Shown here: one piece after another, positions 48,183 to 58,187 of the stretch | How positions within the stretch are numbered: position 1 is the first letter of the stretch | How the letters are laid out: each line of letters begins with the position of its first letter | Source of the DNA: Candidatus Diapherotrites archaeon LH_S9 | GTDB taxonomy: Archaea; B1Sed10-29; WALL01; JAGXON01 | Assembly: GCA_023659865.1 (NCBI GenBank) | Contig: JAGXON010000003.1 | Span: forward strand, 11,896 to 75,895 | Direction of reading: 5' to 3' | Length of the DNA: 64,000 nucleotides | Translations under genes and position numbers: made by a program | Notes under the pieces: model-generated | Databases searched by the model: none | What the model saw: only the letters and a program-made list of their open reading frames with translations | Told to the model about the DNA's origin: nothing

Positions 48183-49336
48183 TTGTATTCCTCCAACACT
48201 TTTTTCAAGTACTGTTCCGAAACTGGATCAAAACCAACTTTTTCAAAAGGTGGTGAAAGAACCCGTTTCTCTCTAGCTTCTATTCCCTCCATTACGGACA
48301 CTCCACCTTCTGCATCAAACTTTTTCGGGCTGTACCAGTCCGTGTAAGTGCAGCCAGGTAAACCGAATTTGTCTACCTTAACGCAAGACGTGCCCTTAAC
48401 CTGATCCCATTTTGGACAACCTTCGACATCACAGTTCGGAAGACCTTCTATTCTGCCTTGATCCGATGAGATCCCGTAACTGTATTGATCTCCTAAATTT
48501 ATCTTTTCTTTTCCAAAAGAGTGACCTAGTTCGTGAACCAGGATCTCAGGGTAAATCCTTGAAACGTAAGCGTGCGGTATGGCGCTTCCTATCATTTTGG
48601 TTGAGTTAAGCAACACCACTATTTCATCAGCTCCACATCTAGCACCTAAACGACTTATCAAAGTATCATCACACTGTATAAGATGTATCCCTTCGCTGAC
48701 TCCTTGCTTCTTACCACAGTCCAGATCCATGGACGTGTTCAAAGCAGTTATCTTTATCTCGTCCTCGTAGTCCTTGAAAGGCTGTACATTGAACAAGTAC
48801 ATCGAATGAATTCTTGCGTCATCTACAATCTGACCAGGATCAGAGTAATTGCTTCCAATGAAAACAATGTTTATTTTCCCGTTACTCACAGTGATACACT
48901 TTGTTTCTGTTAAACTGACGTTTCCAACTCTCTTTCTTTTTATTTTTCCGGAATAATCCCCTACCTCGATAAAAACCTGTTTTTTCCCTCCAGAAGAAAG
49001 TTCAGAGTTCCAGGTACCGCCAAAAACACAGTCGTTCTCTTTCTCATCTCCTTGAAGCCCGTTATCTATCAGAACAGCTTTTTCTCCACCAATCACTGCT
49101 CTTACTTCCTTCGGCTGCTCGCATTTTCTGACTCCTTCCTCAGGATAACTCGCAACCTCTGCCCGTATCGAAAAAACAGTTCCCACGGAACCCTTATCCG
49201 GATAAACATCGGTACTGGTTACCTCGGTATTGGTTAAGTCAAACTCTGGCAAAGGCTTCCAAAGAACCATCATGATTACCGAGAGCAAGGAAGCTGCTAC
49301 AATTGCGGCCACTAGTAATTTGAAGGATTGTTCCAT
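48179..49336 (-). CDS. Membrane-anchored zinc metallopeptidase (M64/IgA-peptidase-like) with a choice-of-anchor-X-like domain
   Basis: NIVFIG..Y, QPFKDY, LVHELGHSFG..LGDQY and LIDNGLQGDEKENDCVFGG. Confidence 0.75.
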   Translation of the reverse strand: MEQSFKLLVAAIVAASLLSVIMMVLWKPLPEFDLTNTEVTSTDVYPDKGSVGTVFSIRAEVASYPEEGVRKCEQPKEVRAVIGGEKAVLIDNGLQGDEKENDCVFGGTWNSELSSGGKKQVFIEVGDYSGKIKRKRVGNVSLTETKCITVSNGKINIVFIGSNYSDPGQIVDDARIHSMYLFNVQPFKDYEDEIKITALNTSMDLDCGKKQGVSEGIHLIQCDDTLISRLGARCGADEIVVLLNSTKMIGSAIPHAYVSRIYPEILVHELGHSFGKEKINLGDQYSYGISSDQGRIEGLPNCDVEGCPKWDQVKGTSCVKVDKFGLPGCTYTDWYSPKKFDAEGGVSVMEGIEAREKRVLSPPFEKVGFDPVSEQYLKKVLEEYK

Positions 49337-49435
49337 CTAACTTAAAACTATTAAGCCAGGACTTAAATAAATTTTCTGAAAAGCTTTTATAATCGGGCTT
49401 GACTAACGTACTCTGAAGAAAGGAGGTTCTTCAAA

Positions 49436-50056
49436 ATGGGAAAAAAAAGAGATCAGACAACGCTCGCTGCAACCGTTATAGCTTTAGTTATTGTCTCAGC
49501 ATTTTTTGGGTTCTTCATATCCAAAGAAATTACTGAACCAGTTAAACTCGGACTTAAAGTAAAACCAAACGTCACTCTCGTCTGGGGTCCTATAACCGAA
49601 GGAAACTACGACGGAACATCAAGCACTGCTCCTGTAGCAGCAGCCTACGGAGGAAACAGAATGAGTGTTAGATTGCTTAATCCGGAGACCCGCTTCAATT
49701 CAGTTGAAGACTTCCTCAACGACAGTGCGAAAACAGATGAAATAAACGGTTATGATGCTCTTTATTACTACAAGACCAACGAACTCCTGCTGGAAAGCAA
49801 AGAAATTAAAGGAATAGCGAATAGTTTAGGATTAGAAAGCGCGAGAGAACTGCAAGACCTTTCGGATAATCCTGAATTTGTTTCAAAAGTGAAAAAAGAG
49901 TGCGGTGGAGTTCTGTCAACAGAAGACAGAAAAAAACTTTCACAGGAAACTGAAGGAAGTTTCAGCAAATTCTCGGAAACTCAAAAAGAAGGCACTGAAA
50001 CTTTCGGAGAATACGTGCTCGAAGAAGTAGACAAATTAGTGGAAACGCACTGCTGA
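49436..50056 (+). CDS. Membrane-anchored hypothetical protein
   Basis: N-terminal TM, soluble C-terminal domain. Confidence 0.65.
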   Translation: MGKKRDQTTLAATVIALVIVSAFFGFFISKEITEPVKLGLKVKPNVTLVWGPITEGNYDGTSSTAPVAAAYGGNRMSVRLLNPETRFNSVEDFLNDSAKTDEINGYDALYYYKTNELLLESKEIKGIANSLGLESARELQDLSDNPEFVSKVKKECGGVLSTEDRKKLSQETEGSFSKFSETQKEGTETFGEYVLEEVDKLVETHC

Positions 50057-50069
50057 AAGTGGTGGTAAT

Positions 50070-51464
50070 ATAAAACTCGACAAAACCGATTTCTCGAACT
50101 GGTACAATACCATACTTGAAAAAGCCGATGTATTAGACAAACGCTACAACCTTAAAGGAACCTACGCCATCAAACCATTCGGACTCAAGCTAGTGAACCA
50201 AGTAATGGACAGAATAAGAAACGGCTTGACGGAAACAGGTCACGAAGAAGCCAGGTTTCCTCTACTTATTCCAGAAGACCAACTCGAAAAAGAATCTCAG
50301 CACGTAGCAGGATTCGAATCAGAGGTTTTCTGGGTCACCAAAGGCGGAACCAAAAAGCTAGAGAAAGAACTAGCCCTAAGGCCAACCAGTGAAACCGTTG
50401 TTTACCCGATGGCTGCGCTATGGATTAGAAGTCACACTGATTTACCTATGAAGCTGTTCCAAGTCGTGAACACTTTCAGGTACGAGACCAAGCACACTAA
50501 GCCGCTGATCCGGGACAGGGAGATACCGTTCTTTAAAGAAGCTCACTGCTTCCACGAAGACTGGGAAGACGCAGAAAAAGAAATGAGTTTAATCAAAGAC
50601 CTTTACTCCGACGTCATGAACGACATCGGCGTTCCAGTGCTCGTTAGTAAAAGACCTGAATGGGACAAGTTTCCAGGAGCTGAGTACACGGTCTCGTTTG
50701 ACACAATAATGCCTGACGGCAAAACACTTCAAATAGCTACTTCACACAACCTCGGGAAAACGTTTTCAGACGTTTTCGACATAGAGTTTGAGAACGAGGA
50801 CGGAGAGCACGACAAACCAATCATCACCTGCCACGGCATATCCGAAAGAATTATAGCAGCGCTCATAAGCGTTCACGGAGACGAGAAAGGATTGGTACTA
50901 CCACCTGAATTTGCACCTGTACAAGTAGCCGTAGTCCCAGTCGTTTTCAAAGGAAAAGAAGAAAAAACCATGGAAAAAGCAAGAGAAGTAGCGAATTCAC
51001 TTGACTGTAGAACTGAACTCGATGATCGAGATGTCAGCCCCGGCGAAAAATATTATTACTGGGAGATGAAAGGAGTACCGATACGCATAGAAATTGGTCC
51101 CAAAGAGGTCAAGGAAGACAAAGCACTTATAGTTCGCAGAGAAACTAGAGAAAAAGAAACAGTTCCCTTAAAGCAACTGGAAGAACGGGTTAACTCCGTC
51201 TTCCGAGAAATCACAGAGAACTTGCAGTCTAAAGCACAGAAGAAAATGCAGGAAATGATTGTTGAAACTGAGTCCATTGAAGAAGTTGGTTCAGAACAGA
51301 AGGTTTACAAGGTAAAAGTCTGCGGTAACGAGGAGTGTGGTAAAAAACTTGAGAAAGGCACTTTCGAGTTCCGTGGGACACTGCTAGGTGAGGAACCGGA
51401 AGGAAAATGCATTTCTTGCGGTAAAGAAGCAGAACACTATGGCATAGTGAGCAAAGCCTATTAA
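50070..51464 (+). CDS. proS: Prolyl-tRNA synthetase (archaeal type), apparent ATA start
   Basis: LRPTSET, FRYETK and QIATSHNLG; conserved N-terminus FSNWY..DKRYNLKG lies upstream of the track start, with no in-frame ATG/GTG/TTG after TAG 50037-50039. Confidence 0.95.
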   Translation: MKLDKTDFSNWYNTILEKADVLDKRYNLKGTYAIKPFGLKLVNQVMDRIRNGLTETGHEEARFPLLIPEDQLEKESQHVAGFESEVFWVTKGGTKKLEKELALRPTSETVVYPMAALWIRSHTDLPMKLFQVVNTFRYETKHTKPLIRDREIPFFKEAHCFHEDWEDAEKEMSLIKDLYSDVMNDIGVPVLVSKRPEWDKFPGAEYTVSFDTIMPDGKTLQIATSHNLGKTFSDVFDIEFENEDGEHDKPIITCHGISERIIAALISVHGDEKGLVLPPEFAPVQVAVVPVVFKGKEEKTMEKAREVANSLDCRTELDDRDVSPGEKYYYWEMKGVPIRIEIGPKEVKEDKALIVRRETREKETVPLKQLEERVNSVFREITENLQSKAQKKMQEMIVETESIEEVGSEQKVYKVKVCGNEECGKKLEKGTFEFRGTLLGEEPEGKCISCGKEAEHYGIVSKAY

Positions 51465-52792
51465 ATAGCTTCGAAATAATCTGATATTCCTCTTATCTCT
51501 TTCTCTCTCAAATCTATCTTTCTTTCTATCCTTTTTTTCTTTTCTTCAAGAGCTTCTTTCTGTTCCTCGTTTACTTTCCTGAGCTTTTCAACGTCCACTA
51601 TGTCTGAAAGAGCAGCATGGGACAATCCCTTTTCTCTCATTATTTTCACTGGTTCTGCCTTTTCTTTTGTGGCTTCAGCTATCCTCTGTTTTTCTTCTCT
51701 TAATTTGTTCAACCCGGTTTCTATCTCTGAACGTTTTTCTTTCTTTTCTTCTAGCTCTTCATGGACTTCTCTTGCTCTAGAGCTAATTCCTTCAGCTTCT
51801 TCCGCCGTCTGACCTGCCTCTTCTTCTGGTAAAGCATCTATGACGTCCGTTATTTTATCGTCTGCATCAATGAGCCTGTCAAGTTTTTCCTGAAGCTCTT
51901 CTACTTCTCCATTATAGTTAAGGCTCTCGTGCTGATCTATAGCTTTCTGGTAAAGTGAAGAAAGGAATTCAGGAGTAGCGAAGTCTGATGCCAGTTCCTC
52001 TAAATTTATTCCCTCGCTTACTTCAGGCTCCTGACCTTTCCGGGAGATCTCTAGACCCATTTTTGGCACGTAATTCCGGATAGTGTCTTCAGAAGCTCCA
52101 GTAGCAAGATAAAGTTGCTTGTATGAAGGAGGACTTCCCAGTCTCTCACTAAGGGTTTGATGAGCTTCAAGAATAGCTCTCTGAGTTGGTGTTAAAAGAC
52201 TCTTTTTTTCTTCAGGAGGCATCTTATCTATTTCTTCGTCAACGACTTCGGCAAAAAGCTTTGTTAACGGTTCTTTTCCCCCTTCTTTTTCATAAACGTT
52301 TTCAGCTATCCGATGCAACCTTTTTTTTGTTATGTCAAGATCTTCCAGAGCTTCTTCCGGAAGATTATACAAGCTAGTCTCCACTATCGGAGCAATAACG
52401 GTATGTGGATCAGATTCCTTTATTTTCTCGTCCAGGTTACCCTTCAAGTACTTTTCTTCCAGCGGTCTGACAACTTTTTTCCTCCAGTCCGACTCAAGCA
52501 AATCCTTGACGACTTCTCTGTTACTTCTCTTATCTTCCTTAGGTTCCTCTTCTTTTTCATTCAGCTCGTTTCTTAAAGTGACTTTGTACTCATTTGGATT
52601 AACTTTCTGAACGTCGAGATCACCTGAATTTACTTCGTAGTCGTCAGAAAAGTATTCTACTAGTTTTTCGTTCACTAAACCTGCACCAGGTTGATCCGAG
52701 GTACTGATCCTAATGCTTTTGTTTTTTCCTCCTCTCTTTAACTTCTCCCCTGCTTTTTCGATAGGATTGTACGCTGCCATAATACCAGTCAA
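51461..52792 (-). CDS. Orphan with an internal LexA-like winged HTH and C-terminal coiled coil
   Basis: LTPTQRAILEAHQTLSERLGSPPSYKQLYLATGASEDTIRNY. Confidence 0.6.
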   Translation of the reverse strand: MTGIMAAYNPIEKAGEKLKRGGKNKSIRISTSDQPGAGLVNEKLVEYFSDDYEVNSGDLDVQKVNPNEYKVTLRNELNEKEEEPKEDKRSNREVVKDLLESDWRKKVVRPLEEKYLKGNLDEKIKESDPHTVIAPIVETSLYNLPEEALEDLDITKKRLHRIAENVYEKEGGKEPLTKLFAEVVDEEIDKMPPEEKKSLLTPTQRAILEAHQTLSERLGSPPSYKQLYLATGASEDTIRNYVPKMGLEISRKGQEPEVSEGINLEELASDFATPEFLSSLYQKAIDQHESLNYNGEVEELQEKLDRLIDADDKITDVIDALPEEEAGQTAEEAEGISSRAREVHEELEEKKEKRSEIETGLNKLREEKQRIAEATKEKAEPVKIMREKGLSHAALSDIVDVEKLRKVNEEQKEALEEKKKRIERKIDLREKEIRGISDYFEAI

Positions 52793-52954
52793 ACTTTAAA
52801 TCAATCAAAAAATAAAAGGTTTAAGTAAACCTTTTTTATATGTGGTTTCAAAAACCTAAAAGAGTGATTCATATGGGGATTACAGCCGAAAAAACAAAGT
52901 AAGACAGACAAGCCACGTCTCCAGTCAAACTTCTTCTCGAAAAGGAGGAAAACC

Positions 52955-55759
52955 ATGGAAAACCAAGAGATAAAGAACTACTGGAAAAAAAACAACATCC
53001 GCAAAAAAACCCTTGAAAAAAACAAGGGAAAAGAGAAAAAATTCTTTATAGACGGACCGCCGTACGCTACAGGCAGCATACACATGGGAACCGCATTAAA
53101 CAAAATACTTAAAGACTACTACTTGCGCTACTTTCGTATGAAAGGATATGACGTTCTTTCACAGCCCGGGTACGACGTTCACGGCCTCCCGATCGAGAAC
53201 AAGGTCGAAGAAGAACTAGGTATCAAAGGAAAACAAGAAATCGAGGAGATGGGAGTCAAAAAATTCGTTGACAAATGCAAGCACTTCGCAGAAAAACACG
53301 TCAAAGAAATGACTGAACAATTCAAGAATCTGGGCGTATGGATGGACTGGGAAAACCCGTACGTTGCCTTCCAGGACAACTACATCGAAGGAGCATGGCA
53401 CACGTTTAAGAAAGCAGAAGAAAAAGGCTTGCTCTACAAAGGCAAATACCCTGTGCACGTCTGCCCACGATGCGAAACCGTTGTAGCATACAACGAAATA
53501 GAGTACGAGAAAAAAGAGGATACAGCAGTCTACGTGAAATTCAAGCTAAAAGACTCCAACGACTACCTCCTGATCTGGACCACGACACCATGGACCATCC
53601 CATCAAACACAGGAGTCATGATCAACCCAGAAAAAACCTACGTCAAAGTCAAGACCATGGCAGGAAACCTTATAATGGCTAAAAAGCTTCTGCCGGAAGT
53701 TATGGAAAAACTTGAAATCGGTTACAACGTTCAAGAAGAATTCAAAGGAGAAGAATTTGTAGGAAAAGAGTACGAGCACCCGATGGACCTCGAGATCCAG
53801 GAAAAAATCAACGGAAAAGTCGTTCCGTCACAAAGATACGTTGAACTCGAAACAGGAACAGGCCTCGTCCACACAGCTCCAGGCCACGGAAAAGAAGACT
53901 TTGAAATAGGACAAAAAAATGATTTACAGTTGCTCAGTCCCGTGAACTTCTCAGGAGAGTACACAGAAGAAATAGGTGAAAAATACGCTGGGATGTACGT
54001 CAAAGACGCTGACCCTAAAATAATGGAAGAATTAAGGAAATCAAGGCACTTGATGCACTCGGAAAAAGTCACGCACGATTACCCACTGTGCTGGAGATGC
54101 GATTCACCGCTTATCTTCACCTCGATACCTCAATGGTTCTTCAAAATAAATGACATAAAAGAAGACTTGATCAAAGGAAACAAGGAAGTCAACTGGGTTC
54201 CTGACTGGGCAGGAAAAAGATTCCGCGACTGGCTAGGGAAACTATCGGACTGGCCGATAAGCAGACAAAGATACTGGGGAATACCTCTACCGATATGGGT
54301 CTGCGAAGAATGCGATAACCGAAAAGTACTTGGATCAGCGGAAGACCTGGACGTAGACGAACTGCACAAACCCGAAATAGATGAAGTAACCTTTGAATGC
54401 GAAGAGTGCGGAGGAACAATGAAAAGAGTTCCTGACGTTCTGGACGTATGGTTCGATGCAGGAGTAGCTCCATGGGCTTCACTGAATTACCCAAAAGAAA
54501 GACAGCCTTTTGAAGAGTTCTGGCCGATGGATTTCGTGCTCGAGGGCTCGGATCAGACGCGTGGATGGTGGAACTCACTAAGCATCTGCGGCTTGATCAC
54601 CATGGACGAAATGCCGTTCAAAAACGTTGTTCAGCACGGCATGGTAAAAGACACGAAAGGAAGAGAGATGTCAAAAAGCAAAGGGAACGTGATTGATCCT
54701 CAAGAAGCAATAGACAGGTACAACGAGGACCAGTTCAGGTTCTACCTCGTCTCCGAGAACGTTGCAAAAGACTTAACTTGGAACTGGCAGGAGCTCGACG
54801 AAGTCAGAAAATTCTTCAACATCTACAAGAACTGCGTCAGATTCAAGAATCTTTACTGTGAAAAAGGAGAAATGAAGAACTTGAGACCGGAAGACGAATG
54901 GATACTGTCTCGATTGAACACGGTTAAGAAAAACGTATTTGGATACACAGAGAACTTCAAAGCATTTAAAGCGGTCCAGGAACTCGAAGAATTCATAGTG
55001 GAAGACGTTTCCAGATGGTACATTAAACTCGTGCGAAACAGGACCTGGCCATCCTACCAAGGAGAAGACAAGAAAGCAGCTTTTGCTTGTTTGAACAAAG
55101 TCCTTGAAGAAACCAACAGGTTGATGGCTCCGATAGTGCCGTTGTTGTCTGAGAAACTTTATCAGGACAAAGAACAAAAAGAAGAAGAAAGCGTTCACCT
55201 GAAAGAACTGCCTGAATTGAACGAGAGCAGGATAGACGCAGAACTGGAAAAGCACATGGATTCAGCGAAACAAATCGTTGAAGCCTCGTACAACGCAAGA
55301 GAAAAAGCCCAGCTCAAAAGAAGGTGGCCAGTAAAACACCTTGTGGTCATGACAGAAGACAAAGCCACTGAAAAAGCAGTAGAAAGATTCCAGGAACTGT
55401 TAAAGAAAAGATGTAACACTGAAAACATCTTGCTCAACAAAGAAGTTTCTGAAGAAACCACTGAATCAGATTTCAGTAAAGGAACAGTTGAGATGAGCGC
55501 GGAAGAAATAACGGAAAAAGCCTTCAGAAGAGACTTGCTAAGAAAAATACAGCACTTGAGGAAGAAAGCAGACCTTGACGTTGAAGACGAGATAGATCTT
55601 CAGCTTTACTCTGAAGAAAAGAAGACAAGGAAGATGCTGGAAGAAGCTCAGGACAGAGTCGAAGAAAAAGTAAAGCTCGGCAGTTACTCAGTAGCTTTAA
55701 TAGAAGAGCCTAGAGGAAGAATGGATTACAAGGACAAGAAAGTGAAGATAGACTTCTAG
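52955..55759 (+). CDS. ileS: Isoleucyl-tRNA synthetase
   Basis: DGPPYATGSIHMGT, WTTTPWT, GTGLVHTAPGHG, SRQRYWG and EMSKSKGN. Confidence 0.97.
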   Translation: MENQEIKNYWKKNNIRKKTLEKNKGKEKKFFIDGPPYATGSIHMGTALNKILKDYYLRYFRMKGYDVLSQPGYDVHGLPIENKVEEELGIKGKQEIEEMGVKKFVDKCKHFAEKHVKEMTEQFKNLGVWMDWENPYVAFQDNYIEGAWHTFKKAEEKGLLYKGKYPVHVCPRCETVVAYNEIEYEKKEDTAVYVKFKLKDSNDYLLIWTTTPWTIPSNTGVMINPEKTYVKVKTMAGNLIMAKKLLPEVMEKLEIGYNVQEEFKGEEFVGKEYEHPMDLEIQEKINGKVVPSQRYVELETGTGLVHTAPGHGKEDFEIGQKNDLQLLSPVNFSGEYTEEIGEKYAGMYVKDADPKIMEELRKSRHLMHSEKVTHDYPLCWRCDSPLIFTSIPQWFFKINDIKEDLIKGNKEVNWVPDWAGKRFRDWLGKLSDWPISRQRYWGIPLPIWVCEECDNRKVLGSAEDLDVDELHKPEIDEVTFECEECGGTMKRVPDVLDVWFDAGVAPWASLNYPKERQPFEEFWPMDFVLEGSDQTRGWWNSLSICGLITMDEMPFKNVVQHGMVKDTKGREMSKSKGNVIDPQEAIDRYNEDQFRFYLVSENVAKDLTWNWQELDEVRKFFNIYKNCVRFKNLYCEKGEMKNLRPEDEWILSRLNTVKKNVFGYTENFKAFKAVQELEEFIVEDVSRWYIKLVRNRTWPSYQGEDKKAAFACLNKVLEETNRLMAPIVPLLSEKLYQDKEQKEEESVHLKELPELNESRIDAELEKHMDSAKQIVEASYNAREKAQLKRRWPVKHLVVMTEDKATEKAVERFQELLKKRCNTENILLNKEVSEETTESDFSKGTVEMSAEEITEKAFRRDLLRKIQHLRKKADLDVEDEIDLQLYSEEKKTRKMLEEAQDRVEEKVKLGSYSVALIEEPRGRMDYKDKKVKIDF

Positions 55760-56811
55760 CTCGAGAAAATTGTTGACCTGCGGATCCGATGGCCAATAGA
55801 TCCTAGTTTCTCTTTGAATGAAAATTCTTTTTCCTCTTCTTTTTCTATATCATAGCCCGTTTCTATTTCAAAGTTTTTTCTCACTTTATCCATCTTCTGC
55901 TCCATCTCCTTATTGAACTTGACCTCAGGATATACTTTCTTTCCTTCTAATTTTCCTTTCAGTCCCCGGAATCTTTTTGCCAGCCTTTTTACACGTTCTT
56001 CGTCTCTTTCAGGATCTAAAGGCCCGAAATGAACTTTTTGGAGAAAGTCAATGGCTTCTTCCGCGTTTTTGTTGTTGTTAAAACCTTTTCCTCTTACATA
56101 GTTCCTAACCACGTCCAGCAAGGGCCCTGTAACCTCGGGCCTGACGTATCCTTTTTTCTTCATCCTTCCTAACGTAGCAATTGAAAGCCTTCTAGCATCA
56201 GGATCAGGGTGGTAAGAAGCTATTCTCCCGATTTCTTTCGGGTGAGGGAAATTTTCCTCTTTTAAATGATCTAGAAGGTCCTCGGCAAGAACTCCTTCAC
56301 TTTCTGGCCCTCTCATTGCAAGCCCGGCCGTTCCTTTGCCCACGCCGAGCTCGTGACCAAGATAAGCTGTTAGTTTCCTGGCTTTTTCTCTTTTGTTTTC
56401 TTCACCCAGAAAGCTTCTGATTCTTCTTCCTACTTTACTGTTACCCATTTCAGACGTTACGTTGTTTCTTATCCATCGATAAGTGGCATCAGCTGCCGAC
56501 AGCTTTTGAAATGCTTCATCCCTTAAACTATCTCTTTTCCCCCACCTTAAAGTGTTCTCTAGCTTCAAAATCTCTTCTTTACCGATTTCCTCTTCTTCTG
56601 GCATCTTGTCCACTGAATCATAGCTTTGAGCTTTCTCTACCTTCGTCAATATCTCTGAGGCTTGGTGGCTCAAATCTGTGTCAGAATGATATAGAAAAGT
56701 GTTTCTCAGTTTGTCTATTTCTGTTGGCTCTATTTTCTCCATAGGTTTCTCAGATATTTCGGAAAGACTTTCTTCCGAGTTATAGGCCTCTTCTTCCTCA
56801 TCCTCTGGCAT
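55756..56811 (-). CDS. Charged helical (HEAT-like) orphan protein
   Basis: MPEDEEEE start; HPDPDARRLSIATLG HEAT-like unit; overlaps the ileS stop. Confidence 0.6.
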   Translation of the reverse strand: MPEDEEEEAYNSEESLSEISEKPMEKIEPTEIDKLRNTFLYHSDTDLSHQASEILTKVEKAQSYDSVDKMPEEEEIGKEEILKLENTLRWGKRDSLRDEAFQKLSAADATYRWIRNNVTSEMGNSKVGRRIRSFLGEENKREKARKLTAYLGHELGVGKGTAGLAMRGPESEGVLAEDLLDHLKEENFPHPKEIGRIASYHPDPDARRLSIATLGRMKKKGYVRPEVTGPLLDVVRNYVRGKGFNNNKNAEEAIDFLQKVHFGPLDPERDEERVKRLAKRFRGLKGKLEGKKVYPEVKFNKEMEQKMDKVRKNFEIETGYDIEKEEEKEFSFKEKLGSIGHRIRRSTIFSS

Positions 56812-57029
56812 ATTCTAATGATGACTTTTATACAATAAAAACATTTGTAATTGACCCGTAGTTTCAGTAGTGGTGTTCTGTGTTTCAAGCACTAATCTTT
56901 TATCGACTGAGTGCCAGAGAGGGTTCTGAACCCTTTTTCAACGCGTAATCTAACGCTATTTTACGAAAAGTTTTTAAATAGGGGTTTGTAAAAATAAAGT
57001 GAACCATAAAAAGATGGAGGTGTAAAAAT

Positions 57030-57233
57030 ATGACTGAATTACCAAAAGCAGCTGTCGACAGATTAGTAAGAAAAGCAGGAGCAGAGAGAGTAGCTAGCGA
57101 CGCAGTAGACGCTCTAGTCGACATTCTGGAAGATGTCGCTGCTGACATTTCAAGCCAAGCAAACAGAATCGCAAGGCACGCAGGCAGAAAAACTGTCACA
57201 GCAGATGACATCAAGATTGCTTCACGCGGCTAA
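57030..57233 (+). CDS. Canonical archaeal histone (HMf-like)
   Basis: ELPKAAVDRLVRKAGAERV..A..HAGRKTVTADDI. Confidence 0.96.
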   Translation: MTELPKAAVDRLVRKAGAERVASDAVDALVDILEDVAADISSQANRIARHAGRKTVTADDIKIASRG

Positions 57234-57331
57234 GGTTTATACCTTACTGTAGAGCAAACCCTTCTCTTTCTTTCTTTTATTTTTGTTCCCAAGCAAGAAC
57301 CTTTTTATTTCACGAATATATCTTTTAACCA

Positions 57332-58153
57332 ATGGCGGAAAACAATTTCTTCAGCAAAAATGACTTCATCCGCGTCATGTTACTAGCCTCCTCACTATTC
57401 TTTTTTGTAGGTACAATCCAGTCAGTATTCCTTCACTCGCAGTACTCAGGCCAAGTTAACAATGTGAAAGATGAACTTAGCTCGATTTCTGGCTTGATGG
57501 ACACAAAAGCAGAACAAAGCTATTCAGCTGGAGAAGAAGGATCTCTTGATTACAAGAAAGTCTCGGAAAAAGCAAAGTCTTACTCAAAAGAAATAGAAGG
57601 TCCTGAAGTAACTCCTTTTGCATATGTTTTCTTTAATCACTGGGTTTCAAGCGCAGCATTTACAAGAATGTCTTTAAGTCCTTCGGATCTTGGCGTACCA
57701 AACGCAACAAGAGCAGTGTTCGAAAAACTTAAAAACGAGGAAGTGCTCGGTAAAAAAGGCTGGACCAACAGACAGGAGTTCAGAGGCTTTTCCAAAAAAG
57801 AAGGAGAATACGTAGTTTTCCTTAAAAAACTTCCTGAAGCACAGACCTATTTCTGGACATTTTACATCTTCTCCTTTCTCATAGCTATCGTTTCAATTTA
57901 CGTCGGAACTAAAGAAAAATACTCGTTCAGTGTCGTGCCAGAACTTATATACGGAGCTCTTTGCTTCCTACCTTTCTGGGTGGTATTCTCATTTGCTGGA
58001 GCAATAGCGGAAACAGGATTGCTTGGGTTCCTTGATCCAACGAACGTTGACCTCTTTATCTACATAGTTGCCATGAACATAATGGGAGGAATCGGAGTTT
58101 TCTCCGGCCTGATAGCTGGCCTTCTTAGAATGAAGTTCAAGGAAAAAGAGTAA
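57332..58153 (+). CDS. Membrane protein with an extracytoplasmic loop domain
   Basis: N-terminal TM, about 140-aa loop, three C-terminal TMs. Confidence 0.65.
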   Translation: MAENNFFSKNDFIRVMLLASSLFFFVGTIQSVFLHSQYSGQVNNVKDELSSISGLMDTKAEQSYSAGEEGSLDYKKVSEKAKSYSKEIEGPEVTPFAYVFFNHWVSSAAFTRMSLSPSDLGVPNATRAVFEKLKNEEVLGKKGWTNRQEFRGFSKKEGEYVVFLKKLPEAQTYFWTFYIFSFLIAIVSIYVGTKEKYSFSVVPELIYGALCFLPFWVVFSFAGAIAETGLLGFLDPTNVDLFIYIVAMNIMGGIGVFSGLIAGLLRMKFKEKE

Positions 58154-58187
58154 TCTTTTATAATTTTTTCAACCCAAACTTCTTCAC

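Noticed and set aside
54660-54690. IleRS EMSKS instead of KMSKS
   Set aside because: The catalytic second Lys is retained; variation at the first position is not enough to claim altered function
56815-56930. Possible box C/D sRNA (ATGATGA at 56818; CTGA at 56907 and 56926)
   Set aside because: The spacing (over 90 nt) is too long for a typical archaeal guide, there is no clear C'/D' pair, and the region doubles as promoter sequence
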